Notes: generated from the letters alone by a model not told the origin. Counted from the first letter of the stretch, positions 25,819 through 36,458 are shown. The stretch is DNA of 64,000 nucleotides from Candidatus Lernaella stagnicola (GCA_030765525.1 JAVCCK010000010.1:450441-514440); one strand, 5' to 3'. A program made the numbers and translations.

Positions 25819-28483
25819 GGTCCATCATGCGCGGCGCGGTGAGACATCCGAGGCTTTCCCGCTCGCCGACGGTTCCCTCCCAGGTGACCGACCATAATTC
25901 CGCGGCCGCGTAGCCATAGACGGCCGGGTCGATTTCCACGCCCACCGACAGTGGCGCATCGGTCGCGTTGCCCACAAGAATCGCCACACGATCGTCGTAT
26001 GGATGCCGCCAGGCGGTGATGTGCAACGGCTTTGCGGACCATTGGCCCGAGTGGCAGTAAGGGGGCCCGCTAATCGAGAAATAGAAATCGTAGTCGAAGG
26101 CCACCAGCGGCAGCGGATTGGGCACGCGAGGGGCGGTTTCCATGCGGCCGAGAGTCAGATAGGGCGCGGCGGGCGAGTTGATGCGCAGGTCGATCATCCG
26201 CCGCAGAAAGGCGAGTTTCTCAGGATCCGCTTGGCGGACCTCGTCGTCGTAGTACCAGCCCCGGGTGCTTTCCGGGTTGTCGGGTTGGTAAATCCAACCG
26301 GTTTGAAAACCGCAGAGGTCGTTGCTGCCGCGGCAGACGACGCTCGGGTCAAGATCGGGCAACCAATCGACCGGCGTGTTGAAGTAGATAAGTTCGACGA
26401 CGCCGCCCGAGAGGTATTCGGCCAGGGCGACCCAGTAGAACACGTTGCCCAGTTCGTAGCTGGCGGTCATTTTACCGCCGGTGCGTGTGCCGCCGTTGTG
26501 ATGGTGCAGGTAGGCCAGCAAGGGCACTTCTCGCGCCGTACCCTCCACAAACCATCGCTGCGGAACGCGGAAGGACGGCGGATCGGAATTGCCGGCTCGG
26601 TTACGCAGCGGCCCGACGCCCATGCCGCCCAGGTGGTAGAAGTCGACGAGATCAAAATAGGGCTCAGTGGTGTTTTCGGCTCCGTAGCGAAAGCCGCGCG
26701 GCGTGGGTTGACCACGGGACTGGTCGAGGGTATCGCGTACGGCCTGCACGAACCATCCGCCGGAACCGGAGGGCTGACCCTCGTCGTGGCCCGCCAGGAT
26801 GTCGTAGTTGCCGCGCTCGATCAAGGGAAAGCCGAGGTCGAAATACAGAGCGTCGAGGGGAACGGCGGCTTCATCAACGACCAACCGGTCGCGCCACAGC
26901 CAGAAGTCCGCGACGTAGGGATCGGCGGGGTTCATCGCGTAGATCATGCCGAAATTGATTACATCAAACATCGAAAACCCGCCGAAGGAACCTCGAGGAT
27001 TGACCAACAAGTAATCGAAGTACGACGATGTTCCCGGTGATTCGGGATAAAACCCGTCCCACCCCGGCACGCGTGTGCCCACCAGCAGGTCGTAATAGAA
27101 CAACGAAGTCATGTCACCTTGCGTCGCAATCGCGCCCAAATTGGTCTGGGTGGAGGGATAAAACGGGCGCCAGAAGCGCTCGTCCCAACCGGCCTGTGCT
27201 ATGGCGAAGTACGCTTCCGGATCGGGGTCGCCCATCGGATGAAAGTCCCAGCCCTGCACGAACAATAGGCGGGCCGCGCCGTTGTCGGCGACCAATTCGT
27301 CGTGAAAAGCGTTTATCCAAGCGGTTTGATCGTACCGCGAGGTCAGCCCGAACACGCTGGCGCCGAGGGTTTCGAAAAAGGCGCGCTCCTCGGGTTCACG
27401 CTCGGCCAGCGGGCGGCCGGCCCAGATTTGCTTATCGGACCATTCACGGTAGATCGTCGCCGCCTCCTGCCAGTCGCCGGAATCCAGAAAACGCAGGATC
27501 ACCGGGTAGTCGAGAGCGAAGTCGGCGGCTCCGATCCGAGGATTGAGATGGGCGATATGAAACTGGGGCAATGCCGGAAGGTCGGGTTTCTCCGGATTAT
27601 CGTCGAGATCGTGATGGTCGCACAGCGAAAAGGTCTTCGCGTTGAATTCCGGGTCGGCGGTGTAAATCAGCAGGCCGCCGACCGTATCGTTTAGGTACGC
27701 GACCAACTGCGCCATCGCTCCGTGGCCCATGGGATAACGATGATGGCACAGGATGTCGGCATTGTCTTCAACCTCCTCGGCCAAGCGCGCCAGAGGATCC
27801 TGCAACATCGCGCCGCCCTCCAAGCTCATCAGGTACCGGTCGTCCGCACCATGGCCCGCCAACGGCGCCAGCGGCGCCAGCACCGGATAGCGAAAGCGGT
27901 GGATCAAGAACTCTCCCGCACCGGTTACGCGGGCGGTGGCTCGCAATTCCGGCTTGTCGCGGGCGACCTCCCACACCGCCTCAAAAGAAATCGGGGAAGT
28001 GAAGTGTTCCCAGGTGATCGTCAGCCGGTTGTCGCGGCAAACGAAGCGGGGCGGCATGGCGAACAAGTTCATGTCCACAAGTTTGTACGTGCCGAAAAAA
28101 CCCGGCTCGATGGAGAACAAATCGAAGGGCGGCACCCAGGTTGCCGCCGCGTTGCCGATCATTTTCAGACCGCGGCGGCGATCGGTGAGCTGAAGGATGC
28201 GTCCGGTCGGACGGCCGAAGGTGATAGCGACTTGATCGTTGCCGAAATCGTAGTGGTTGGTGGCTTGGTCGAATCGACAATAAGAACGGCTGTTTCGTGG
28301 CGGCGCGGAATCGAAACCCAAGCTATCGCCGTCGTCATCGTCATCGTTGTCGTCGTCATCGTCCGGTGTCGTTTCCGGAGAGGGTGAAGAGTCGTCGTCG
28401 TCTCCTGCCAGTTCTCCGCCACCTGCGCAACCGAAACATAGTAAAGCGATAAGGATAACCCATCCATAGCTTCGCTTCATCAT
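25772..28483 (-). CDS. Large lipoprotein with poly-Asp linker, DUF6259/glycoside-hydrolase-like
   Basis: Lipobox CFGC, then DDDD tracts; 'YP...MAQLVAY...GGLLIYTADP...K', 'GDWQEAATIYREW', 'DALYFD', 'AENTTEPY'. Confidence 0.6.
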   Translation of the reverse strand: MMKRSYGWVILIALLCFGCAGGGELAGDDDDSSPSPETTPDDDDDNDDDDDGDSLGFDSAPPRNSRSYCRFDQATNHYDFGNDQVAITFGRPTGRILQLTDRRRGLKMIGNAAATWVPPFDLFSIEPGFFGTYKLVDMNLFAMPPRFVCRDNRLTITWEHFTSPISFEAVWEVARDKPELRATARVTGAGEFLIHRFRYPVLAPLAPLAGHGADDRYLMSLEGGAMLQDPLARLAEEVEDNADILCHHRYPMGHGAMAQLVAYLNDTVGGLLIYTADPEFNAKTFSLCDHHDLDDNPEKPDLPALPQFHIAHLNPRIGAADFALDYPVILRFLDSGDWQEAATIYREWSDKQIWAGRPLAEREPEERAFFETLGASVFGLTSRYDQTAWINAFHDELVADNGAARLLFVQGWDFHPMGDPDPEAYFAIAQAGWDERFWRPFYPSTQTNLGAIATQGDMTSLFYYDLLVGTRVPGWDGFYPESPGTSSYFDYLLVNPRGSFGGFSMFDVINFGMIYAMNPADPYVADFWLWRDRLVVDEAAVPLDALYFDLGFPLIERGNYDILAGHDEGQPSGSGGWFVQAVRDTLDQSRGQPTPRGFRYGAENTTEPYFDLVDFYHLGGMGVGPLRNRAGNSDPPSFRVPQRWFVEGTAREVPLLAYLHHHNGGTRTGGKMTASYELGNVFYWVALAEYLSGGVVELIYFNTPVDWLPDLDPSVVCRGSNDLCGFQTGWIYQPDNPESTRGWYYDDEVRQADPEKLAFLRRMIDLRINSPAAPYLTLGRMETAPRVPNPLPLVAFDYDFYFSISGPPYCHSGQWSAKPLHITAWRHPYDDRVAILVGNATDAPLSVGVEIDPAVYGYAAAELWSVTWEGTVGERESLGCLTAPRMMDLTVPGQDVLLFELVP

Positions 28484-28577
28484 ATACTAGACCTTTCTGC
28501 TTCCCCACACCGAGTGTAAGAGAAGAAAACGATTTTGTCACGCGATATCTTAGGGTTACCAAAAATAAACAAAAAAC

Positions 28578-28650
28578 TGACCGCGCGGTCATATTATTCT
28601 TGACAACCACTTTTATGAGCAGTATATAACTGACCGACCGCACGGTCAGT
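28578..28650 (+). promoter_or_regulatory. Sigma70 promoter bracketed by TetR-type operators
   Basis: Perfect palindrome TGACCGCGCGGTCA (28578-28591); TTGACA (28600)-17nt-TATATA (28623); second IR ACTGACCG-N6-CGGTCAGT (28629-28650). Confidence 0.8.
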
Positions 28651-28666
28651 ATTATGTAGGTGAAAG

Positions 28667-29275
28667 GTGAGTGAACAACAACACGACGGCCGCAAGCTGC
28701 GCGGGGAAAAAACCCGACGCGCGATTTTGATGGCGGCGATCCAAGTGCTTTCCGAACACGGCAAGGCGGGCTTTTCGGCGCGAACGGTGGCCGAGCAGGC
28801 CGGTATTAGCAAGGCGGCCCTTTTCCATCATTTTGCCAACATGGACGAAATCATTCGATCCTTATTTTTCGTCATTATGTCGGAAAGCGATTCCGAGCCG
28901 CGCATCGAGGCCGGGCAAAACCTGAAGCAGTATATCGAAACACGCCTGACCCGTATGGTGGACTTCATGGAGCGCTACGGCGGTACCGTGTCGGGGTATA
29001 TGCATGTTGTCGAAATCATGCGTTCGCATCCGGTGATGGGGCCGGAGTTGCAAAGCGTGCTGAAGGAGTACCAGGAGGAAATCGCCAAGCACATCTCCGC
29101 CCTGGCCGGGCCCGACGGCGACGCGACGCGCATTCGTCGCGCGTTGGATACCTTGGCGGCCATCTTGGAAGGCATCGGCGTGCTGTTGGCCTATTACAAC
29201 GAGCCGGACGATTTTCGCGACGCCATTCCGGACGTCGCCCGAATGTTTGCCAAATACATAAGGGGCGAAATATGA
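28667..29275 (+). CDS. TetR/AcrR family transcriptional regulator
   Basis: 'TRRAILMAAIQVLSEHG..GFSARTVAEQAGISKAALFHHFANMDEI'. Confidence 0.92.
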   Translation: MSEQQHDGRKLRGEKTRRAILMAAIQVLSEHGKAGFSARTVAEQAGISKAALFHHFANMDEIIRSLFFVIMSESDSEPRIEAGQNLKQYIETRLTRMVDFMERYGGTVSGYMHVVEIMRSHPVMGPELQSVLKEYQEEIAKHISALAGPDGDATRIRRALDTLAAILEGIGVLLAYYNEPDDFRDAIPDVARMFAKYIRGEI

Positions 29276-30036
29276 AAACGAAATGCTTGATTGCGGCGAC
29301 GATACTCGTGCTGATAGCCGCGTCACTCGGCCTCACCGAGGAGATGGCGGCCAGGCAAATCATCGAGAAGGCCGACGACTTGATGCGCGGCGCGACAAGC
29401 TACTCGGAATTGACGATGAAGGTTCACTCGAAGCACTTCGACCGCGCCGTCGGCATGAAGGTGTGGACCCAGGACCGCGACAAGGCCTTTATTCTCGTGA
29501 TGTCCCCGGCCAAGGATCGCGGCGTGGCATTCTTGAAGCAAGACCGCGAAATGTGGAATTACCTGCCCAATGTCGAGCGTACGATCAAAATTCCGCCCTC
29601 GATGATGTCCCAAAGCTGGATGGGCTCGGACTTCACCAACAACGACTTGTCGCGGGCCGACACGATGATCGTGGATTACGATCACCATCTGGCCGGCACC
29701 GAAACCATCGACGGCGCGGAGTGTTGGAAGCTGGAGTTGATCACCAAACCCGACGCGCCGGTCGTGTGGAGCAAGATCGTCACTTGGGTTCAGAAGGACA
29801 ACATGGTGATGCGCAAAACCGAATACTATGACGAAGACGGCAGGGTAGCGCGGACCATGGAGACGAGCAAAATCGTCAAAACCAAAGACGGCAAGCTTGT
29901 CGCCTCCTACTGGAAAATGATCAACCACAAAAAACCCGGCAACTATACCGAAATGATTTATGACGAAGTCGAATTCGACGTGGCGATCCCGGCCGGGACG
30001 TTCACCAAACGCAACTTGACCAGGGGAGTGCGGTAA
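29272..30036 (+). CDS. LolA-like outer-membrane lipoprotein-sorting protein
   Basis: 'SPAKDRGVAFLK...MWNYLPNVERTIKIPPSMMSQSWMGSDFTNNDL'. Confidence 0.85.
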   Translation: MKTKCLIAATILVLIAASLGLTEEMAARQIIEKADDLMRGATSYSELTMKVHSKHFDRAVGMKVWTQDRDKAFILVMSPAKDRGVAFLKQDREMWNYLPNVERTIKIPPSMMSQSWMGSDFTNNDLSRADTMIVDYDHHLAGTETIDGAECWKLELITKPDAPVVWSKIVTWVQKDNMVMRKTEYYDEDGRVARTMETSKIVKTKDGKLVASYWKMINHKKPGNYTEMIYDEVEFDVAIPAGTFTKRNLTRGVR

Positions 30037-30037
30037 A

Positions 30038-31273
30038 GTGCGAATCCTACTCGTAATGGCCTGGCGAAACCTGGGCCGCAACCGCAGGCGCACGGCGATC
30101 AACTTGTGCGCCATCGCCTTCGCGACGCTGACGATGGTCTTCATGAGCGCCATGCAGCGCGGCTCTTACGACCAGATGATCGACAGCGCCGTGAAAATGC
30201 AGACCGGACACCTGCAAATCCAGGCCGAGGGCTACCTCGAAGACCACGACATTCAATTGATGGTGCGCGATCTGGACAAGGTGTACCAGGCCGTCGACAC
30301 AACCCCCGGCGTCGTGGGCGCGGTGGGCCGCATCCGCGCCGGATTCCTGGTTGCCAAGGAAGAGGAATCGTTTGTTTCGCTGGTTACCGGCACCGACGCA
30401 AAGCGTGAGCGAGAAATTTCCAACCTGCCCAATTGGGTGAAACAAGGTGACTTTCTGGACCCGGCCGACCCGAAAGGCGCTGTGGTCGGCATCCGGTTGG
30501 CCAAAAACCTCGAGGCGGAAATCGGCGATGAACTCGTGCTCGTAGGGCAAGCGGTCGACGGCTCGGTGGCGGCGGAGAAGGTGCACATTCGCGGCTTGCT
30601 CGACACGGGCGTACCCGATTTGGACCGCATGGCGGTGTTCGTTAACTTGGAGCCGCTGCAACAGATCATGATGATGGACAACAGCGCCAGCGCCGTGGCG
30701 ATCTTGCTGGAGGGTCATCAGCAAGTTGCGGCGACGCAGGCGGCGTTGCAGCAGAAGGCGCAAGAGATTAACGACACGCTCGTGGCGCTGACGTGGAAGC
30801 AAGTCGAACCGGGCATCGACCAAAGCATCCAACTCGATAACGCCTCGGGTAAGGTGATGGTCTACATGCTGCTGCTCGTGGTCGCCTTCGGAATCCTGAA
30901 TACTTTTCTGATGAGCGCGTTCGAGCGATTCCGCGAATTCGGGGTACTCATGGCCATCGGCGTCAAACCGCGCACCTGCGCCTCTCTTCTGTTGATCGAA
31001 AGCCAGATCCTCGTGGTCGTCGGCTTCGTGATCGGTTTGATCGTCGGCGGTGGTATGGCGCTCTACTTTGCCGGCGCGGGAATCCCCCTCGGCGAGGCGG
31101 CCGGCGAGTTGATGAAGCAGTACGGCCTGTCCGACCGCATCTTCCCGACAATGAACCTCGGCATCGCCTGGCTCGTTTTCCTGCAGGTATGGCTGACCAC
31201 CCTGGTTGTCGCGCTGTACCCGGCGTTCAAGATCACCCGCTTCCGGCCGCTAGAAGCGCTTCGCTATCAATGA
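30038..31273 (+). CDS. ABC transporter permease (LolC/E-FtsX/MacB type)
   Basis: 'MAWRNLGRNRRRT', large periplasmic loop, 'NTFLMSAFERFREFGVLMAIG', 'YPAFK...PLEALR'. Confidence 0.9.
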   Translation: MRILLVMAWRNLGRNRRRTAINLCAIAFATLTMVFMSAMQRGSYDQMIDSAVKMQTGHLQIQAEGYLEDHDIQLMVRDLDKVYQAVDTTPGVVGAVGRIRAGFLVAKEEESFVSLVTGTDAKREREISNLPNWVKQGDFLDPADPKGAVVGIRLAKNLEAEIGDELVLVGQAVDGSVAAEKVHIRGLLDTGVPDLDRMAVFVNLEPLQQIMMMDNSASAVAILLEGHQQVAATQAALQQKAQEINDTLVALTWKQVEPGIDQSIQLDNASGKVMVYMLLLVVAFGILNTFLMSAFERFREFGVLMAIGVKPRTCASLLLIESQILVVVGFVIGLIVGGGMALYFAGAGIPLGEAAGELMKQYGLSDRIFPTMNLGIAWLVFLQVWLTTLVVALYPAFKITRFRPLEALRYQ

Positions 31274-31281
31274 GGTGAACC

Positions 31282-32517
31282 GTGTTGCTTTCCAAAATGC
31301 TGTGGCTGACCGCATGGCGGAACCTGTGGCGTAATAAACGCCGCACGCTTATTCTGCTTGCCGCTATCGTTGTCGGTTTGCTCGGGGTGATTTTTTACAT
31401 CGCCCTGGTCAACGCCTGGTGGGGGCAGTCGGTCGAAAACGCCGTGGCGATCCTCACCGGCCACGTGCAGGTGCAGGCGCCGGGCTACCACGAAAATCCG
31501 CAACTGAAGCGGAACATCGCCATCGATCCCGCCCTGCGGCCGAAAATCATGAACATCGACCACGTCGCCGGCGCCGCGGCCCGCATCAAAACGATGATTC
31601 TGGTTTCTAACTCTGAGAAATCCGAAATGGCGCAGCTTATCGCCACCGAGCCCGGCCACGAACCGCAAGTTTCGATGATCCCGAATTCGATCGTCGAGGG
31701 GCGATGGCTCACCAGTAAGGACGAACGCAAGATCGTCATCGGCCGGACGATGGCCGAACGCTTCAAAACTAAACTCAACCGGCGGATGATCGTGCGCGCC
31801 ACGGCGCCCAGCGGCGAGGTCGTCGACCAAGTCTTTCGTATCGTAGGCATCTACGACACGGGCCTAAAGAGCTTCGACAAAAGCGCGGTGTACGTGCGCC
31901 TGAACGATGCTCAAACGATGTTCGGCATGGAAAACCGCGCCACCGAATGGGTCGTGGCCACCCAACTGCCCGATCACGCCGTAGAGGTGGCCGCCTTGGT
32001 CGGCGGGCTCGTGCCCCCGAAAGAAACCGTCGTAACCACCTGGATGGACCTGAACCCGCTGGTGGTCAAAACCATGGAGCTATCCCAGTTCTTCATGTGG
32101 TTCTTCAACATGTTCTTCTACCTGGCCATGGCGTTCGGCGTGGCAAACACGATGCTGATGAGCGTGCTGGAGCGCACCAAGGAAATCGGCATGATGCTCG
32201 CGCTGGGAGTGAAGCGCTCGATGATCCTCACCGTGATTCTTCTCGAAGCCCTTTTACTGGCGTGTGTGGCGGGCATCGTCGGCGGCGCGCTGGGCGGCGG
32301 TTTGGTCGGGTGGGCGAGCGAACGCGGCCTGGATCTCTCGGCGTGGGTCGATGGGATGAGCTATGCGGGCATGCGCGGCGTACTGCATCCATACGTGCGA
32401 GTCACCGACATGATTCTGGCCATCGCCGTCACCGCCGTCGTGGCGGTCTTGATGGCCATCTACCCGGCATGGAAAGCGAGTCGAATGAATCCAACCACCG
32501 CCCTGCGGCATGTGTGA
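31282..32517 (+). CDS. ABC transporter permease (LolC/E-FtsX/MacB type)
   Basis: 'AWRNLWRNKRRT', 'NTMLMSVLERTKEIGMMLALG', 'YPAWKASRMNPTTALR'. Confidence 0.9.
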   Translation: MLLSKMLWLTAWRNLWRNKRRTLILLAAIVVGLLGVIFYIALVNAWWGQSVENAVAILTGHVQVQAPGYHENPQLKRNIAIDPALRPKIMNIDHVAGAAARIKTMILVSNSEKSEMAQLIATEPGHEPQVSMIPNSIVEGRWLTSKDERKIVIGRTMAERFKTKLNRRMIVRATAPSGEVVDQVFRIVGIYDTGLKSFDKSAVYVRLNDAQTMFGMENRATEWVVATQLPDHAVEVAALVGGLVPPKETVVTTWMDLNPLVVKTMELSQFFMWFFNMFFYLAMAFGVANTMLMSVLERTKEIGMMLALGVKRSMILTVILLEALLLACVAGIVGGALGGGLVGWASERGLDLSAWVDGMSYAGMRGVLHPYVRVTDMILAIAVTAVVAVLMAIYPAWKASRMNPTTALRHV

Positions 32518-32527
32518 GGTGAACGAA

Positions 32528-33220
32528 ATGGCTATTGTGGTTTGCGAAAACGTGAAGAAAACCTACGAAGTGGGCAAAGTGCTGGTGCCGGCGTTGCGCG
32601 GCGTAAACCTGACGATCAACGAGGGCGAGTTTACGGCGATAGCCGGCCCTTCCGGATCGGGCAAGTCGACGTTGCTGAACATGATCGGCGCGCTGGACGT
32701 GCCTACCGCGGGCAAGGTGACGGTGGCCGGGATGGATTTGCGCACGAAATCGGCGACCGAACTCAGTTGCCTGCGGCGCGACCGAATCGGCTTCGTTTTT
32801 CAGGCCTACAACTTGATACCGGTACTGACCGCGGTGGAAAACGTCGAGTTCATTTTGATGATTCGTGGCGTGTCCGCCGGCGAACGGCGTGCCCGTTCTT
32901 TGGCGATACTCAAGCGGGTCGGTCTGGCCGACATGGCCCACCGGCGGCCGAACGAACTCTCGGGTGGGCAGCAGCAGCGCGTGGCCGTGGCGCGGGCGAT
33001 CGTCAGCCGGCCGCAGTTGATCCTGGCCGACGAGCCCACCGCGAACCTGGACAGCAAGACCTCGGCGGGATTGATCGACCTGATGCTCGAACTCAACGAA
33101 AGCGAAAAGATGACTTTTGTCTTTTCAAGCCACGACCAACTCGTTATGAAGCGCAGCCACCGGTTGCTGATTCTCAAAGACGGCCAAATCGTGGAGGACA
33201 ACCAACAAAATGCCGCGTAG
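32528..33220 (+). CDS. ABC transporter ATP-binding protein (LolD-like)
   Basis: GPSGSGKST, 'IGFVFQAYNL', LSGGQQQRVA, 'ILADEPTANLD'. Confidence 0.92.
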   Translation: MAIVVCENVKKTYEVGKVLVPALRGVNLTINEGEFTAIAGPSGSGKSTLLNMIGALDVPTAGKVTVAGMDLRTKSATELSCLRRDRIGFVFQAYNLIPVLTAVENVEFILMIRGVSAGERRARSLAILKRVGLADMAHRRPNELSGGQQQRVAVARAIVSRPQLILADEPTANLDSKTSAGLIDLMLELNESEKMTFVFSSHDQLVMKRSHRLLILKDGQIVEDNQQNAA

Positions 33221-34523
33221 GTTCTGCTTGATCGTTGTCCTTTTCGTCCTTTGGGCGACGCCCGTTCTGGCGCTGCCGGGCGTCGAGGCCGGGCCCTTTA
33301 CCTGGCGGCTGTCGGGCTATTTGAAATCCCTGGGTTCGGTAACTCAGGGGGCGGGATACTACCAAGCCGCCGAACTGACGGAACGCGAAACCTTCTGGAA
33401 CAACGCGTCGCGCGTGCGCTTGAAATCCGACATGTACTTGGGCGATCCCTTGGAGTTCGTGGTCAACTACGAACTGTTCGCCAACGCCGGCGACGACCAA
33501 CGTTTGCGCCGCGCCGCCGCGGAAAAATACGGCGACTCGGCCTTGGGACGGCAAGTGCTGGAGAGCATATTCCCGGACATCCAAACGCCGCAGTACATGG
33601 CCCTGGATCATCGCATCGACGAAAACGACGACTACCGCCTCGACCATCGTCTCGACCGCTTGTACCTGCGTATGCACGCCGGGCCGTGGGACATCACACT
33701 CGGGCGGCAGGCGCTGACGTGGGGACCCGGCCGGTTGTGGAATCCGACCGATTACCTGGCGTCGTTCTCGCCCACCGAAATCGACAAAGAGGAAAAGCGC
33801 GGTGTCGACCTGCTGCATACGCGTATTTCGGCCCACCCGAATTTGACTCTCGAAGCGTACGCGGCGCCCGTGCGTAAGGGCGACGACGACGTCGACGGCG
33901 ATCAGTCGGCCGCGGCGGGTCGGGCGGCGGCGCGCTTTCTCGATGCGGAAATGGCGCTGTCCGGCGGGTGGTTGTACGACCGGGCCAAGGTCGGCCTGTC
34001 GTTTGATGGCTTGCTGTGGGATGCGGGTTTTCGCTGGGCGGTGACACGGACGACCGTCGAGGGCGTGCCCAATGAGGTGTTCTACCAGGGCGTCGTAAAT
34101 GTCGACTATGCCTGGGGCGTGCGGTGGAATCCGTATTTGCTCGTGGAGTACTACCATAACGGTTTCGGCAAGGACGACCCCGACGAGTATGCCGATCTGC
34201 TCCAAGAACCGGCCTACGTGGGGGCCTACCAGCGGGGCGAGGTGTTCAACGTGGGCCGCAATTACGCGGGCGCGGTGCTGAGCCTCCAACCCCACGCGCT
34301 GGTGATGCTCGGCGAAACGCTGATCGTAAACCTGGGCGACAGCAGCCTGTTCAACAACCTCGTCGTGACATGGTCGGTCGTGCAAAACCTCGACGTGCTG
34401 CTCGGCGCGCAGCATTCCTTTGGATCGGTACCCAGCGAATACGGCGGTGTCGAAAACCCGCTGGGCGGCGACGACATCACGGTGCCCGATTTCTATTACA
34501 CGTATTTGAAATACTATTTCTAA
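33210..34523 (+). CDS. Outer-membrane beta-barrel/porin-like protein of the Lol-like cluster
   Basis: Signal peptide; 'RLDRLYL...DITLGRQALTWG...WNPTD...EKRGVD'; terminal 'YLKYYF'. Confidence 0.75.
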   Translation: MPRRFCLIVVLFVLWATPVLALPGVEAGPFTWRLSGYLKSLGSVTQGAGYYQAAELTERETFWNNASRVRLKSDMYLGDPLEFVVNYELFANAGDDQRLRRAAAEKYGDSALGRQVLESIFPDIQTPQYMALDHRIDENDDYRLDHRLDRLYLRMHAGPWDITLGRQALTWGPGRLWNPTDYLASFSPTEIDKEEKRGVDLLHTRISAHPNLTLEAYAAPVRKGDDDVDGDQSAAAGRAAARFLDAEMALSGGWLYDRAKVGLSFDGLLWDAGFRWAVTRTTVEGVPNEVFYQGVVNVDYAWGVRWNPYLLVEYYHNGFGKDDPDEYADLLQEPAYVGAYQRGEVFNVGRNYAGAVLSLQPHALVMLGETLIVNLGDSSLFNNLVVTWSVVQNLDVLLGAQHSFGSVPSEYGGVENPLGGDDITVPDFYYTYLKYYF

Positions 34524-34534
34524 TTTCGGCGAGG

Positions 34535-35704
34535 GTGAAAAAAGTGCGCCTGACTTATCTGCGGTTGTTGGTCCTCGTGGTCGCCGTGTTGTTCGTGGCG
34601 ACCTGCGGCTCCGGCGGTGAGGACAATTCAACCTTGCGCGGTGATACCGACGGCGACGACGACGATGATGTCGGCGACGATGACGTCGGCAGCGACGACG
34701 ACGACGATGACGACGACAACACACCGCCGCCCGGCGATTGCGTCGTGCCGACCGACGGCATGTGGATACTAGAAGACACCGTGTTGTGCCCGAGCGACGA
34801 ACCTTACGAACTGGAAGGCTCGGAATCGGGCGCGTTGTTTATCGCCTCATCCGACGTGACGCTAACCGCTTACGGTGTCACGTTGCAGGGCGTCGGCACC
34901 GGAGTCGGCGTTAGCCTCTACACGGACGGTTTGAGCGACGTGGAAATTGCCGGGCTCACGCTGGTGAACTACGACAGAGGCGTGGCGGGGTACGGCTCGT
35001 TCACCAACATCACGCTGCGCGAGCTTACGATTGCCGATTCGGGCGACGCGCACGTCTTTATCGGCCCACCGGGCAAGGCTGCGGGCGTCTGCCGGAACAT
35101 CCGCTTTTTGGACTTGGCGGTTCGCGACAGCTACAACACCGGAGTCGTGTGCGCGGAATGCACAGAATCGCTTATGCGCGGCATCACCTCGACCAACGAG
35201 CGCGAAGGCGTTATCGAGTCCAACCTCGTACTACTCGGCGGTTCGAGTAACACCATCGAAGACAACACGATTACTACCCGCAATTCCGCGGGCTGCAACG
35301 CCATCTGGTTGTCCGGAGTTTCCGAGACCCTGGTACAGAACAACCACGTCGACGTCGGCTACAAAGACGGTAGCCACCAGCACGGCAGTTCGTGGAATGT
35401 GTTCGCCGGCAACGAGTTCCGCGTGGGATTTTCCGCTGCTTACAACGTGCGGGTGCTGGATTTGGATACCGGCGCCGACAAAGCGGACCGCTGCCACGTC
35501 TATCCCAAAGGCTACGTACCTCCGACCACCAAGGAAATCATCCCCTCCACCGACAACACGTATTACGGAAACTCCTTTGCGACGGGGCTCTTCAAAGACG
35601 AATCGGATCGGGGCACGTTCTGCGTGGATGGCAGCGGTAACGACTATATCGACGGCGCGAGCTATCAGGGCCCGGACGAAAACGGTGGCACCTGCCCAGA
35701 CTAA
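34535..35704 (+). CDS. Lipoprotein with poly-Asp linker and right-handed parallel beta-helix (NosD/pectate-lyase-like)
   Basis: VATC-GSGG then DDDD tracts; 'SSNTIEDNTI', 'TLVQNNHV', 'WNVFAGNEF' beta-helix repeats. Confidence 0.7.
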   Translation: MKKVRLTYLRLLVLVVAVLFVATCGSGGEDNSTLRGDTDGDDDDDVGDDDVGSDDDDDDDDNTPPPGDCVVPTDGMWILEDTVLCPSDEPYELEGSESGALFIASSDVTLTAYGVTLQGVGTGVGVSLYTDGLSDVEIAGLTLVNYDRGVAGYGSFTNITLRELTIADSGDAHVFIGPPGKAAGVCRNIRFLDLAVRDSYNTGVVCAECTESLMRGITSTNEREGVIESNLVLLGGSSNTIEDNTITTRNSAGCNAIWLSGVSETLVQNNHVDVGYKDGSHQHGSSWNVFAGNEFRVGFSAAYNVRVLDLDTGADKADRCHVYPKGYVPPTTKEIIPSTDNTYYGNSFATGLFKDESDRGTFCVDGSGNDYIDGASYQGPDENGGTCPD

Positions 35705-35796
35705 TTGCGCCGCGGCCGCGGTGAAACCCTTGACACAATGATTATGGTACGAATGAACGAGGAAACACCCCCCAACCTGTTTCGAAGGAGAAAACG

Positions 35797-36384
35797 ATGT
35801 TTGCTAAGCGAATTCTTGTCACGCTTTCGATCACGGCCGCGATCATGCTGGCGCTGATGATGGTGCCCCAGAGTTCAACGGCACAGGGAAAACCGAGCCT
35901 CGACCAGAAAACGCAAGACGCGCTGGCGGCTTCGATCAACGACGAATACAAAGCGCAGGCGCTGTATGCGAAAATCATGGAGAAATTCGGCCCGCAACGG
36001 CCGTTTGCCAACATCATCCAGGGCGAATCCCGACATATCGAGATGCTCAAGCCGCTTTTTACCCGCTACGGTGTGGAAGTACCCGCCGATGATTGGGCAA
36101 GCAAGTTGGAAGCTCCAGGCACGATGCTCGAGGCTTGCAAAGAGGGCGTGACCGCCGAAAAAGAAAACGTGGCGATGTACGATGGATTCCTATCCTTCGT
36201 CAAGGAAAACGACATTCGCGAGGTCTTTACCTATTTGCGTGACGCTTCGCAGAACAATCACTTACCCGCCTTCGAACGTTGCGTGGCCCGTGGCGGCGAA
36301 ATGGGTCCCGGCAGAGGCATGGGCCGCGGCCAAAAAGACGGGATGGGCCAAGGACGCGGCGGTGGCCAAGGACGAGGCAGGTAG
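35797..36384 (+). CDS. DUF2202-like ferritin-fold exported protein with Gly/Arg-rich tail
   Basis: 'DEYKAQALY...PFANIIQGESRH...GVTAEKENVAMYD...LRDASQNNHLPAF'. Confidence 0.8.
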   Translation: MFAKRILVTLSITAAIMLALMMVPQSSTAQGKPSLDQKTQDALAASINDEYKAQALYAKIMEKFGPQRPFANIIQGESRHIEMLKPLFTRYGVEVPADDWASKLEAPGTMLEACKEGVTAEKENVAMYDGFLSFVKENDIREVFTYLRDASQNNHLPAFERCVARGGEMGPGRGMGRGQKDGMGQGRGGGQGRGR

Positions 36385-36405
36385 GAGAGCAATTCAACTT
36401 ACACG

Positions 36406-36433
36406 AGGCCGGCCTTCGAGCCGGCTTTTTGTT
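36406..36433 (+). terminator. Rho-independent terminator
   Basis: GCCGGC-CTTCGA-GCCGGC followed by TTTTTGTTT. Confidence 0.7.
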
Positions 36434-36458
36434 TAGCAGGAGGGTGGCGAAACGATCA

